Source: an uncultured Methanosarcinales archaeon (GTDB taxonomy: Archaea > Nanobdellota > Nanobdellia > Woesearchaeales > CAYZNE01). From it: a DNA stretch of 64,000 bases. This document shows, in pieces, positions 38,930 through 49,277 of this stretch. The position numbers and the translations under genes are program-made. Positions within the stretch are counted from its first letter, which is position 1, and every line of letters begins with the position of its first letter. A model generated the notes under the pieces. The model ran no database searches, was not told the origin of the DNA, and saw only the letters and a program-made list of their open reading frames with translations. The stretch lies in NCBI GenBank assembly GCA_964405295.1, contig CAYONI010000001.1, positions 106,422-170,421 on the forward strand, given 5' to 3'.

Positions 38930-39411
38930 TAATCTTCAGCATCAAGATTAAACTCTGCACTCTCTACCCATTGATTAGGTTCTTGTAAATAATTTAGAAT
39001 TTCTTGCAGAATCTTTTTATGTTTTAATTCTTCGTCTGCAATCATTAATACTTCTTTTTTTACAGTTTCATCTGCAATCTCTGCAGCAATTTCTTTGTAA
39101 TAGTTTGCAGATTTTATCTCAACATTAATAGCTTCTTCATAGAAAGCAATTTGTTCTGAAATATGATCTGGTGCATTAATATTTTTTAGAGAGCTAAATA
39201 TTTTTTTTACTTCTTCAGTCGTTGCTTTCTTAACTTCAATTAAATCTGCTTCTTGTTGCATTGCATCAAAGATTATGTAATGATTGTCTTCCCATTCTGC
39301 CAATCTTCTAAGAATATTTTTTAGTGCAGGATTAGTTGTTTTCTCAAGCATTTCTAGATAAGCTTGTTTCCCTTCTAATTCCATTTTCTTTGCGATTTCA
39401 AATACATCCAT
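38926..39411 (-). CDS. Rubrerythrin-like / ferritin-like diiron protein with no rubredoxin domain.
   Basis: Two ExxH motifs (EDNH; EELKH) in a four-helix-bundle-sized protein. Confidence 0.55.
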   Translation of the reverse strand: MDVFEIAKKMELEGKQAYLEMLEKTTNPALKNILRRLAEWEDNHYIIFDAMQQEADLIEVKKATTEEVKKIFSSLKNINAPDHISEQIAFYEEAINVEIKSANYYKEIAAEIADETVKKEVLMIADEELKHKKILQEILNYLQEPNQWVESAEFNLDAEDY

Positions 39412-39432
39412 TTTTAATTTCCTCCATTAATA

Positions 39433-42400
39433 TTATTCTTTACTCATCTTTTCATATTCTGCAGCTCTAAACTTTGCATCTTCTTCTGCAAGTTTAAATA
39501 GCTTATCTGCAATATCTGGAAATTGTATTGTAAGACTTTTATATCTTCGTTCTTTATGTAAAAAATTAGTGTAAGGAACTTTGCCAGTTACATGGTAATC
39601 TAATTGCATTGGGTTTTTACCTTCTTCACACAATCTAGGATCATATCTATACAATGGCCAATACCCTGAAGTAACTGCTAATTTTTGTTCTTGAGGAGTT
39701 TTCTTCATATTTCCTCCATGTGCAATACACGGTGAATAAGCAATTATTATTGAAGGTCCATCATATTCTTCTGCTTCTTTAAAAGCTTTAATTGCCTGCA
39801 TCATATTCGCGCCTAGAGAAATAGATGCGACATAGATGTTTCCATAAGTTGTAAACATTCTTCCTAAATCTTTTTTAGGTTGTTTTTTACCTGAAACAGC
39901 AAACTTTGCAGTTGCAGCACGAGGTGTTGCTTTAGAACATTGTCCTCCTGTATTAGAATAAACTTCTGTATCTAAAACAAGAACATTAACATTTTCTCCT
40001 GAAGCAAGAACATGATCTAAACCACCAAAACCAATATCATAAGCCCATCCATCACCACCAATAACCCATACAGATTTGTCAACTAAGTAATCTTTAAGCT
40101 CATCTATTTTCTTAAGAATGGGTTCACTTTCTCCGTGAACACAACTTATTGCTTCTGGTAAATGTTTAATAATTTCTTCTGCAGCATTCTTAGCAGAATC
40201 ATCAACTTTATCCCAAACTTTTAACATATTATCGAGATGGACTTTCAACCCATTGGTTGTTCCAGTATTCAACAATCTTTCAATGTTAGATTGCAACAAT
40301 TTACGATTAGCATCAATTGCAAGTCTAAAGCCCATCCCGTATTCTGCATTATCTTCAAACAAGGAGTTTGCCCATGCAGGACCTTTGCCTTCTTTGTTTT
40401 TAGCAAAAGGAATTACTGGAAATGTTCCACCGTAAATAGATGAACAGCCAGTTGCATTTGCAATTATCATTCTATCTCCAAATAATTGAGTAACAAGTTT
40501 AACGTAGGGTGTTTCTCCACACCCAGCACATGCTCCTGAAAACTCAAATAAAGGCGTTCTTAATTGCGTTCCTTTAATACTATATAGTGGGGTTTTACCT
40601 AAAACATTATCTGGTAGGGAGTCAAAGAATTTAGCATTCTCAACTTCGCCTGCAGTCCTTGCTTCTGATAATGTTTGTGTAGTTAATGCTCCAACAGGAC
40701 AAGTAGCAACACAGTTATTACACGCATCACACCCAGTGCAATCTTCTGGATAAATTTGTATTCTAAACTTTAAGCCAGATTCGGGGTTTGCGTCTATAAC
40801 ATTAAATGTTGAAGGTGCATTCTTTAAATCCTCAGGATTAATTTGTTTCATTCTAATTGATGCATGTGGACAAACCATTGCGCACATTCCACACTGAGTA
40901 CACTTCTCAGGTATCCATTTAGGAACATTATTTGCAATACCCCTCTTTTCAAGTTTACTAGTTGCTGTTGGTATTGCACCATCTAGTGGCATTTTTGAAA
41001 CAGGAATCGTATCTCCTTTTAGTTTCATTACTGGTTCAACAACATCTTTTGCAAATTGAGATGCATTGTCTGGTAAGAATTTAAATTCAGCAACATGTAT
41101 TCCAGAAAAGTTTTCAACTTTTGAAACAGCATTCTTAGATGCTTCTATTGCATCCCAATTCATCTTAACTATATCTTCACCTTTTTTAGAGAATTGTTTT
41201 TTAATAGCTTCTTTCATTAACTTAAATGCTTCTTCTGCAGGGATAATTTTTGCTAATTTAAAGAATGCAGTCTGCATAATAGTATTAATTCTTATGCCTA
41301 AACCAACTTCTTTTGCTATTTTATTAGCATCAATAACATAAAAACTAATTTTTTTATCAACAATAGTTTTCTGCATTTTTTCTGTTAAATGAGAAAATGC
41401 TTCATCTTTATTCCAAGGGCAATTAAATAAGAATGTTCCCCCTTCTACAATGCCTTCCAAAATATCATAGTGTCCAATATAAGAGGGCTTATGTAGTGCA
41501 ATGAAGTCTGAATGAACTAGCTGATATTCTGATCTTATCTGATTATCACCAAATCTTAGATGAGAAACAGTTACTCCACCTGATTTGTGTGAATCATAAG
41601 CAAAGTATGCTTGAACATGTTTGTCTGTTGCAGCACCAATAATTTTTATGGAATTCTTATTTGCACTAACTGTTCCATCAGAACCATATCCCCAAAATTT
41701 ACATCTAACAACAGATTCAGGTTCTGTATCAATTTCACCAACTTCTAATGATTTGTGTGTTACATCATCAATTATTCCAACAGTAAAATCATGAGTGCAC
41801 TTATTATCTAAATGGTCAAATACTGCTTTAACCATTGCAGGACTAAATTCTTTTGATGATAATCCATATCGTCCACCAATAATCTTTATATTTTTGTCTT
41901 TAAGTGCAGCAACTGTATCCATGTAGAGAGGCTCACCAATACTTCCAGGCTCTTTTGTTCTATCAAGAACTGCAATCTTTTTAACAGTTGATGGGATTAT
42001 ATCAATAAAATCTTTAACACTAAAAGGCCTATATAGACGAACTTTAATTAGTCCAACTTTTTCACCCTTTTTATTAAGGTAATCAACAACTTCATGTATT
42101 GTTTCATTAGAAGATGTCATCGAAATTATTATTTTTTCAGCATCAGGCGCGCCAACATAATCAAATAAATTATATTCTCGTCCAAATTTCTCTTTAAACA
42201 TTCTCATATATTTTTTTACAATACCTGGACAAGCATCATAATATTTGTTAACTGTTTCTCTGCCTTGAAAATAAACATCAGGATTTTCTGCACCAACTTT
42301 GCACATTGGTCTTTCAGGACTTAAAGAATTAAGTTTAAAATTTTTAATAGCTTCTAAATTAAGCATAGATTTAACTATTTCTTCATCAATTGCCTCTATC

Positions 42401-42942
42401 TTTTTGATTGAATGAGAAGTTCTAAACCCATCAAAAAAGTTTAAGAAAGGAACTCGTGATTCCATTGTAGCTAAATGTGAAATTACACCAAGATCTTGAA
42501 CTTCTTGGATAGATGCTGCAGCCATTAAAGCAAAACCAGTATTCCTGGTTGACATAACATCAGAATGATCTGCAAAAATGGATAATGCTTGGCAAGCAAG
42601 TGATCTTGCTGCAACATGGAAAACCGTTGGTAACATTTCTCCTGCAATCTTATGCATGTTAGGAATCATTAATAATAATCCTTGTGATGCAGTAAATGTT
42701 GTTGTCATTGCACCTGCAGATAGAGAACCATGAATTGCTCCAGAAGCTCCTCCTTCTGATTGCATTTCGATAACTCTTACTGTTTCCCCAAAAAGATTCT
42801 TTTTTCCTTTCGCAGAATTAAAATCTGCTAATTCTCCCATTGAAGAAGACGGGGTTATAGGATATATTGCTGCAACTTCACTAAACATATATGATGTATT
42901 AGATGCTGCTGTGTTTCCGTCAATTGTGATATATTTCTTCAT
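39433..42942 (-). CDS. nifJ: Pyruvate:ferredoxin (flavodoxin) oxidoreductase, single-polypeptide NifJ/PorA type.
   Basis: Length 1169 aa. Ferredoxin motifs CTQCGMCAMVCP and CTGCDACNNCVATCP. TPP motif GDGWAYDIGFGG...NTGGQ. Confidence 0.9.
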   Translation of the reverse strand: MKKYITIDGNTAASNTSYMFSEVAAIYPITPSSSMGELADFNSAKGKKNLFGETVRVIEMQSEGGASGAIHGSLSAGAMTTTFTASQGLLLMIPNMHKIAGEMLPTVFHVAARSLACQALSIFADHSDVMSTRNTGFALMAAASIQEVQDLGVISHLATMESRVPFLNFFDGFRTSHSIKKIEAIDEEIVKSMLNLEAIKNFKLNSLSPERPMCKVGAENPDVYFQGRETVNKYYDACPGIVKKYMRMFKEKFGREYNLFDYVGAPDAEKIIISMTSSNETIHEVVDYLNKKGEKVGLIKVRLYRPFSVKDFIDIIPSTVKKIAVLDRTKEPGSIGEPLYMDTVAALKDKNIKIIGGRYGLSSKEFSPAMVKAVFDHLDNKCTHDFTVGIIDDVTHKSLEVGEIDTEPESVVRCKFWGYGSDGTVSANKNSIKIIGAATDKHVQAYFAYDSHKSGGVTVSHLRFGDNQIRSEYQLVHSDFIALHKPSYIGHYDILEGIVEGGTFLFNCPWNKDEAFSHLTEKMQKTIVDKKISFYVIDANKIAKEVGLGIRINTIMQTAFFKLAKIIPAEEAFKLMKEAIKKQFSKKGEDIVKMNWDAIEASKNAVSKVENFSGIHVAEFKFLPDNASQFAKDVVEPVMKLKGDTIPVSKMPLDGAIPTATSKLEKRGIANNVPKWIPEKCTQCGMCAMVCPHASIRMKQINPEDLKNAPSTFNVIDANPESGLKFRIQIYPEDCTGCDACNNCVATCPVGALTTQTLSEARTAGEVENAKFFDSLPDNVLGKTPLYSIKGTQLRTPLFEFSGACAGCGETPYVKLVTQLFGDRMIIANATGCSSIYGGTFPVIPFAKNKEGKGPAWANSLFEDNAEYGMGFRLAIDANRKLLQSNIERLLNTGTTNGLKVHLDNMLKVWDKVDDSAKNAAEEIIKHLPEAISCVHGESEPILKKIDELKDYLVDKSVWVIGGDGWAYDIGFGGLDHVLASGENVNVLVLDTEVYSNTGGQCSKATPRAATAKFAVSGKKQPKKDLGRMFTTYGNIYVASISLGANMMQAIKAFKEAEEYDGPSIIIAYSPCIAHGGNMKKTPQEQKLAVTSGYWPLYRYDPRLCEEGKNPMQLDYHVTGKVPYTNFLHKERRYKSLTIQFPDIADKLFKLAEEDAKFRAAEYEKMSKE

Positions 42943-44810
42943 TTAAATGCCTCATTTTGTCCATTAAGTACTTGTTGCCAATATTCTTTCGCAGCAGAAA
43001 CTTTATCTTTATTAAATTTATTAACTAACTTTTTTAATTCTTGGTTATCTGGTTCTCCAGTAAAAATCTTTTCAAGATATATTTTAATAATATCAATATT
43101 CTTCTCAGATTCCCAGAAAATTGGTTGATTGCCAAGATTAATTTTTTGTGCTAATTTTTTGTGATGAGCAAAATAATCAATATTTTCATTAAATAATTTA
43201 TTAATTAATTTTTCTATTAATTTTTCTACCCATTTTCTATGAAATCTACAAATTCCAGAATTATCAGAATAAAGTTCTTTTATCATTCTTTCAACATTCT
43301 TTTTTCCAAGATCGAATGGATTTAAATAATCTGATCCATAATATTCAAAGTATTTGCCCATTATTGGCATTGGTGAAAACATTCCAGGTACCCAGTACTG
43401 ATTTGGGACCATGCAGCCTTCTTTTCCAAACGCATTAAAGACTGAAAGATCAATAGTGTTTGTACCATATTTTATATCAATTTCTTTAGCAGCATTTCTT
43501 ATACCTTTTCTAAAAATTGCACACTTATCACTATTTATTATCCTATCAATAATTTGGCAGGCCATATCTGCATTGTGATTAGAATCATTAACTAAATCAA
43601 AAGTCTTATAGTCCCATTTTGGAATCATGTCAATATCAAAATCTTCTTTAGGAAATTTATTTTTAGAAATACATTCCATTATCCAAGAAACTAAGGATCC
43701 TGCTTGAATTGCATCAAAAGCCATTGAATCAACATAGTGATTAATTTTTTCTGCTGCTCTCTGATCAAAAACACCAATATTTGGTCCTAGGGCTTCGTAT
43801 GGTTCATAATCTTTTTTGAATTTACCATTCATCTTTTTGCAAACTGCAGAACAGGGTTCACCACAATTCTTAAATTGCTTCTTATCAATTGTTTCTTCAT
43901 TAAATTGTTTAAGGTAATGAGCTAAAATAAATCTATTGTGTATATCAATTCTTTCTTGTTCTGTAAAATAGATTGATTGATAATTAAAAGAAAACATCCA
44001 TCCTTTTAATCTGGTGAAATTAACTCCGAATGTTCCTCCAGAGTGTAGTTCAGGATTGTATCTGTACTTAATTGTTTCTGCAATATCTTCTTGGATCATA
44101 TTCTTATGAAATTCTTTTTCAAATATTTCATTTATTTCATCTCTATCATTTAGAGGTGAGTCTGTAGGTTCTTTAAAATCACCACCATAAATAATTGCTG
44201 CAATTCCATGTTCTTGAAGTAATTTTGATCCGATGCCTCCTCTGCCAGCCCAACAGTCAACAGCAGTTATTTCCCCATTGGTAATTGGTGCAGAACCAAT
44301 TGCTCCTGTTCTTGTTTTAAGTGCAGCAGGGCCTGTTGAAAGAATTCTGCAAGAATTAAAATCTTTACCATAATTATCATAAACATGTTGCTGTAGAGCA
44401 TAAATGCCTTTTTCTTCTTTATATCCTGACCATATCTTCAGATTAACAGGATAAAACGCAACAGTTAAATTTGAATTCTGCCTTTTTATTTCTAAAACAG
44501 AGATTTCATTACATTTTCCTTTAATATTAACATAATTTATTCCTAAGTGATGAAAAATGTGTGCTGCCCCACCCATTGTTGAGATATAGAAATGGCCCCA
44601 TAAAGGGGATAATCCTGTAAACATCATTCTTTTTGTTCCCGGTATTTTAGAACCTGCTAGAATTCCTTTACCAAAACAAAAGTTATTTTTATCTTCATTA
44701 AATTTCTTAATACCATAATCAATTGGTCCAATAATAGTTTTATCTTCAATTTTTCTAACTTCAAATTTTTGGTTTGAAGCATCTATTATAAGTTCGTTTT
44801 GATTTATCAT
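42939..44810 (-). CDS. Tungsten-type aldehyde:ferredoxin oxidoreductase (AOR family).
   Basis: The N-terminal AOR domain pattern (GILAGSKIPGTKRMMFTGLSPLWG...NIKGK) and the ~620-aa length fit the AOR family. Cys cluster CGEPCSAVC. ATGA overlap with PFOR. Confidence 0.75.
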   Translation of the reverse strand: MINQNELIIDASNQKFEVRKIEDKTIIGPIDYGIKKFNEDKNNFCFGKGILAGSKIPGTKRMMFTGLSPLWGHFYISTMGGAAHIFHHLGINYVNIKGKCNEISVLEIKRQNSNLTVAFYPVNLKIWSGYKEEKGIYALQQHVYDNYGKDFNSCRILSTGPAALKTRTGAIGSAPITNGEITAVDCWAGRGGIGSKLLQEHGIAAIIYGGDFKEPTDSPLNDRDEINEIFEKEFHKNMIQEDIAETIKYRYNPELHSGGTFGVNFTRLKGWMFSFNYQSIYFTEQERIDIHNRFILAHYLKQFNEETIDKKQFKNCGEPCSAVCKKMNGKFKKDYEPYEALGPNIGVFDQRAAEKINHYVDSMAFDAIQAGSLVSWIMECISKNKFPKEDFDIDMIPKWDYKTFDLVNDSNHNADMACQIIDRIINSDKCAIFRKGIRNAAKEIDIKYGTNTIDLSVFNAFGKEGCMVPNQYWVPGMFSPMPIMGKYFEYYGSDYLNPFDLGKKNVERMIKELYSDNSGICRFHRKWVEKLIEKLINKLFNENIDYFAHHKKLAQKINLGNQPIFWESEKNIDIIKIYLEKIFTGEPDNQELKKLVNKFNKDKVSAAKEYWQQVLNGQNEAFK

Positions 44811-44831
44811 TTTAATATAAAAAGAAATTAA

Positions 44832-45329
44832 TTAGGTAGTACATGTCTGTCCACAAAAACAACCACTTATATTCAATTCGTCACCACCAAATCCATAAAT
44901 AACCTGAGGATAATTGGATGTACTGTCCATTACAATAATTCTGTTATTAGAATCTTCTAGAACAATACAGAAATCTCCTGTAATCCCGAGTTCACTTCTA
45001 ATTAAATCATAGTCTCCACTATTATATAAGTTTTCAAGTGCAGTTGTATTGACTGTGTTGCCATTTAAGATAACATTATCAGAATCACTTTTACTTGCAT
45101 CAAAATAATTCATGATTCTACCTGCATTGCTTTTCATAGCATCTACATCTGAATTGCTGCCTTTACTTATTAACATATAAAATATGGACAGTATAAGTAC
45201 AAATATTACAATTCCTAGTATAAGATCTAATGACCAATTCTGCCCTTTCTTAAGAAGTTTTTTAACCATCTTTTTCCCCTCTTTTTTATCTAAATTTTTA
45301 GGATTTTTATTCATTTTTTGATTAAACAC
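44832..45329 (-). CDS. Type IV pilin-like protein with a class III signal peptide. The true start is probably the internal Met (MVKKLLKKGQ...) near 45270.
   Basis: KKGQNWSLDLILGIVIFVLILSIFYML has a basic stretch, a G/Q cleavage site and a hydrophobic helix. The track start is a GTG. Confidence 0.45.
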   Translation of the reverse strand: MFNQKMNKNPKNLDKKEGKKMVKKLLKKGQNWSLDLILGIVIFVLILSIFYMLISKGSNSDVDAMKSNAGRIMNYFDASKSDSDNVILNGNTVNTTALENLYNSGDYDLIRSELGITGDFCIVLEDSNNRIIVMDSTSNYPQVIYGFGGDELNISGCFCGQTCTT

Positions 45330-45442
45330 CCAATATAACCCTTAATAAGGTTATTTTAGTGAGATTTCTTTAAAAAGGTTTTTGCTATAAGTCTAAACAT
45401 TATATGAAAACTTTTAAAAAGACACTATTATATACTAATAAT

Positions 45443-48133
45443 ATGGAAAAGAAATCATTCAAAAATATACAAGAAAAATGGCAAAAGAAATGGAATGATA
45501 AAGATATTTTCAAAACAAGTTCGAACTCAAAGAAAAAGAAATTCTATTGTTTAGAAATGTTTCCCTATCCTTCTGGACAAATGCATATGGGACATGTAAG
45601 AAATTATGCTATTGGAGATTATTTTGCAAGATTTAAAACAATGAATGGTTTTAATGTTCTACACCCAATGGGGTTTGACTCTTTTGGTTTACCTGCAGAA
45701 AATGCTGCAATCAAAAAAGGTATTCCACCTGAGCAGTCTACAAACGAAAATATTCAAGGAATAAAGTCACAATTTAAATTATTAGGTTGCAGTCATGATT
45801 GGTCAAGAGAAGTGGCAACTTCTAACATAAATTATTACAAATGGAACCAATGGATATTTATTCAAATGTTCAAAAAGGGTCTTGCATATAGAAAAGCAGG
45901 ATTAATCAATTGGTGTCCTTCTTGTGAAACTGTTCTTGCCAATGAGCAAGTTGAAAATGGTAAATGTTGGAGATGTAAATCCGAGGTTCAACAAAAACCT
46001 CTGGAACAATGGTATCTTAAAATTAAAGATTATGCAGATGAATTACTTAATGATATTCCTAAATTAAAAAACTGGCCAGAGAGAGTTAAGATTATGCAAA
46101 AAAACTGGATTGGTAGAAGTGAAGGAACAATAATTAAGTTTAAAATTAAAGATATGGATAAAACTATTGAAACATTTACAACAAGAGTTGATACTATTTA
46201 TGGTATTACATATCTTGTTCTTGCACCTGAACATCCTCTTGTATTAGAGCTTGTAAAAGGAACAGAACAAGAACAAGCAGTTAATAATTTCATAAAAAAG
46301 GTTTCTAAACAATCTGCTATCGAAAGAACTGCAGAAGGAAAAGAAAAGAACGGAGTTTTTACAGGAAGATATGTTATTAATCCTGTTAATAACGAAGAAG
46401 TTCCTTTGTGGATTGCAGATTATGCTCTTGTGGATTATGGAACAGGGATTGTAATGGCAGTTCCAACTCATGATCAAAGAGATTTCGAGTTTGCAAAAAA
46501 ATATGATCTTCCTATGCGAGTTGTTATTAGCCCTGAAGATGATCACGAATTAAATCACGAAAAAATGCCGAGAGCATTTGTTGATGATGGATTAATGATT
46601 AATTCAGATAGGTTTAATGGTCTAAGAAACAGAGATGCAATACCCAACATACAAAAATATCTTAAAGAAAAAGATTGGGGTTATACAACTATTAACTATA
46701 AGTTAAGAGATTGGCTTGTTTCTCGTCAGCGTTATTGGGGAACACCAATTCCTATGGTTTATTGTGATAAGTGTGGTATTGTTCCAGAAAAAGAAGAAAA
46801 CCTTCCACTAGAATTACCTAAAGATGTTGATATTAATGGGCAAGGAAATCCTATTGCAACAAGTAAATCTTTTATTAAGTGTAAATGTCCTAAATGCGGT
46901 GCAGATGCAAAAAGAGAAACAGATACTATGGATACCTTCTTTGATAGTTCATGGTACTTCCTAAGATTTACTGATTCAACTAATAATAAAGAAGTATTTG
47001 TTAAAGATAAAGCAAATTATTGGATGCCTGTTGATCAATATATTGGTGGAATAGAACATGCAATCTTACATTTGCTATATGCAAGATTCTTTACTAAAGT
47101 TCTTAGAGATCTTGGCCTAATTAATTTTGGTGAACCGTTTAACAATCTTCTAACTCAAGGAATGGTAAATAAAGATGGTGCGAAGATGTCTAAATCTTTG
47201 GGCAATACTGTTGATCCGATAGAGTTAATTAACAAATACGGTTCCGATACTGTAAGAGTTTTTATTCTATTTATGGCACTTCCTGAAAAAGAATTTGAAT
47301 GGTCAGATGAAGGTGTTGATGGATCTTACAGATTCTTGCAGAGAATTTATGGGTTGTTAAATTTATTAGAAGAAAAATCTAGAGACACAGAAACAATTGC
47401 AGATAAAAGAATTATTTCTAAACTAAATAAAACTATTAAACTTGTAACCATAAGATCAGAAGTATTAAAGCCAAATATTGCAATAGGTAGTTTAATTGAA
47501 TTTGTGAATGCAGTTTATCGTTATAAAGAAAAAGATTACAACAATAAAACTATTAAGACAATTATTGAGAAATTATCACTATTAATATGCCCTTTTGCAC
47601 CACATTTAGCAGAAGAAATATGGGGAACACTTGGAAATAAAGACTTTGCTTCATTAGAAAAATGGCCAACTTACGACGAATCTCTAATAGATGAAGCTGC
47701 AGAGTTTGAAGAGGATTATATTAAATCAATAATTAATGATATTAACAAAGTTAAAGGTTTTGCAAAAATAGATAAAATAAATAAAGTTACATTATTCTTA
47801 AGTGCAGATTGGAAATATGAATTCATAAAAATAATTAAAGAACAATTAGAAAAAACACGTAATGGCTCAGAAATAATCAAGGCGATTATGTCGACTGATT
47901 TAAAAAAACAAGGTCAAAATGTTACTAAACTTGTTCCCAAAATTTTGAAAGACCCAAGCAAGCTTCCAGCTATTTCTCTGAATAAAAAACAGGAAAAGGC
48001 TTGGTTAGATGAGAATATTACAAATATCAAATTAGAACTGAATTGTGAAGTTGAGATTGTAGATGAAGAATCTGCAAAAGATTCTAAGGCATCTGCTGCA
48101 TTCCCTGCAAAACCTGCTATTAAAATTGAGTAA
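45443..48133 (+). CDS. leuS: Leucyl-tRNA synthetase, archaeal type.
   Basis: HIGH motif HMGHVRN. KMSKS motif KMSKSLGN. The start MEKKSF...IQEKWQKKW is preferred over the upstream Met at 45404. Confidence 0.9.
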   Translation: MEKKSFKNIQEKWQKKWNDKDIFKTSSNSKKKKFYCLEMFPYPSGQMHMGHVRNYAIGDYFARFKTMNGFNVLHPMGFDSFGLPAENAAIKKGIPPEQSTNENIQGIKSQFKLLGCSHDWSREVATSNINYYKWNQWIFIQMFKKGLAYRKAGLINWCPSCETVLANEQVENGKCWRCKSEVQQKPLEQWYLKIKDYADELLNDIPKLKNWPERVKIMQKNWIGRSEGTIIKFKIKDMDKTIETFTTRVDTIYGITYLVLAPEHPLVLELVKGTEQEQAVNNFIKKVSKQSAIERTAEGKEKNGVFTGRYVINPVNNEEVPLWIADYALVDYGTGIVMAVPTHDQRDFEFAKKYDLPMRVVISPEDDHELNHEKMPRAFVDDGLMINSDRFNGLRNRDAIPNIQKYLKEKDWGYTTINYKLRDWLVSRQRYWGTPIPMVYCDKCGIVPEKEENLPLELPKDVDINGQGNPIATSKSFIKCKCPKCGADAKRETDTMDTFFDSSWYFLRFTDSTNNKEVFVKDKANYWMPVDQYIGGIEHAILHLLYARFFTKVLRDLGLINFGEPFNNLLTQGMVNKDGAKMSKSLGNTVDPIELINKYGSDTVRVFILFMALPEKEFEWSDEGVDGSYRFLQRIYGLLNLLEEKSRDTETIADKRIISKLNKTIKLVTIRSEVLKPNIAIGSLIEFVNAVYRYKEKDYNNKTIKTIIEKLSLLICPFAPHLAEEIWGTLGNKDFASLEKWPTYDESLIDEAAEFEEDYIKSIINDINKVKGFAKIDKINKVTLFLSADWKYEFIKIIKEQLEKTRNGSEIIKAIMSTDLKKQGQNVTKLVPKILKDPSKLPAISLNKKQEKAWLDENITNIKLELNCEVEIVDEESAKDSKASAAFPAKPAIKIE

Positions 48134-48176
48134 TTCTTGCAAAATGTTTATTAAGTAATAAAGATTTTTCTTCATT

Positions 48177-49277
48177 ATGATTAAATTAGACTTTGAAAGA
48201 CTTAAAAGCAAAAAGTTTGCATTTAAGAAACCTGAGAATGAATTATTAGCAGATGATCTTGAAGAATTAAGATTGCAAGATAAGTTATTAATTATTGATT
48301 CTAGGACGAGCAATGAATTCAACAAATTTAGAATACTTGATTCATATAATTTTCCAATACAGGACAATGATGAAAGAGCAATTATAGGAACTCTATACAA
48401 AGAAAAAGGGCAATTGTCAGCCATAGAAAAAGGATGGGAGTTGTTAATTCCTAGAATAAATCAGTATTTAGATAAATTGAGTGAGTTTCTTAAAAAAAAT
48501 CTTAAAGATAAGAAATTAGTTATTTATTGTTCGCGAGGAGGTCTTAGAAGTGGAATTCTTTCTAATATATTAGAACTTCTAGGTTACAAACCCCATAGAT
48601 TAATAGGTGGTTTTAAAGAATATAAACATGTTCTAACAAAATATTTAACACAAGAAATAAATTCATATAAAGGACGTTTTATTATACTCGAAGGCTTAAC
48701 AGGAACTCGCAAAACAGAATTACTAAAAAAATCAGGTTTACCTTTCTTAGATTTAGAAGGTTGTGCCCAACATAAATCATCTATATTCGGAGATGTTGGT
48801 CTTAATCCCAATTCTCAAAAAATGTTTATTGCAAGATTATACGAACAGCTTATTAAACTAAGAGAAAAACAAATAATTCTAATTGAGGGTGAAGCAAGAA
48901 GAATTGGGAACGTATTTCTTCCAAAAAGTTTATGGGAAAGAATGCAAAAAGCTAAAAGAATAACTATTACTGCTTCAATAAAAACAAGGGTTACTATAAC
49001 TACTAAAGACTACTGTGATAAAAGTACTAAAGTGACTCAAATAATTGAAAGACTTGACAGATTAACAAAATACATAGGTAAAAGTAATGTTCAAGAATTG
49101 ATAACTCAGTTCAAAAATAAAGAATTTAATACTGCCATAGAATGGCTTCTAACAAATTATTACGACAAATGCTACAAGTTTGCAAAGAACAAAAACGAAA
49201 TTTCTATTTGCACAGACAACTTAGATGTTGCAATTAAAGAGTTGAATAAGATTTATGAGAAACTTATATCTAATTAA
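48177..49277 (+). CDS. tRNA 2-selenouridine synthase-like protein (SelU/MnmH architecture: rhodanese domain plus P-loop domain).
   Basis: Rhodanese active-site motif YCSRGGLRSG. P-loop GLTGTRKTELL. Confidence 0.55.
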   Translation: MIKLDFERLKSKKFAFKKPENELLADDLEELRLQDKLLIIDSRTSNEFNKFRILDSYNFPIQDNDERAIIGTLYKEKGQLSAIEKGWELLIPRINQYLDKLSEFLKKNLKDKKLVIYCSRGGLRSGILSNILELLGYKPHRLIGGFKEYKHVLTKYLTQEINSYKGRFIILEGLTGTRKTELLKKSGLPFLDLEGCAQHKSSIFGDVGLNPNSQKMFIARLYEQLIKLREKQIILIEGEARRIGNVFLPKSLWERMQKAKRITITASIKTRVTITTKDYCDKSTKVTQIIERLDRLTKYIGKSNVQELITQFKNKEFNTAIEWLLTNYYDKCYKFAKNKNEISICTDNLDVAIKELNKIYEKLISN

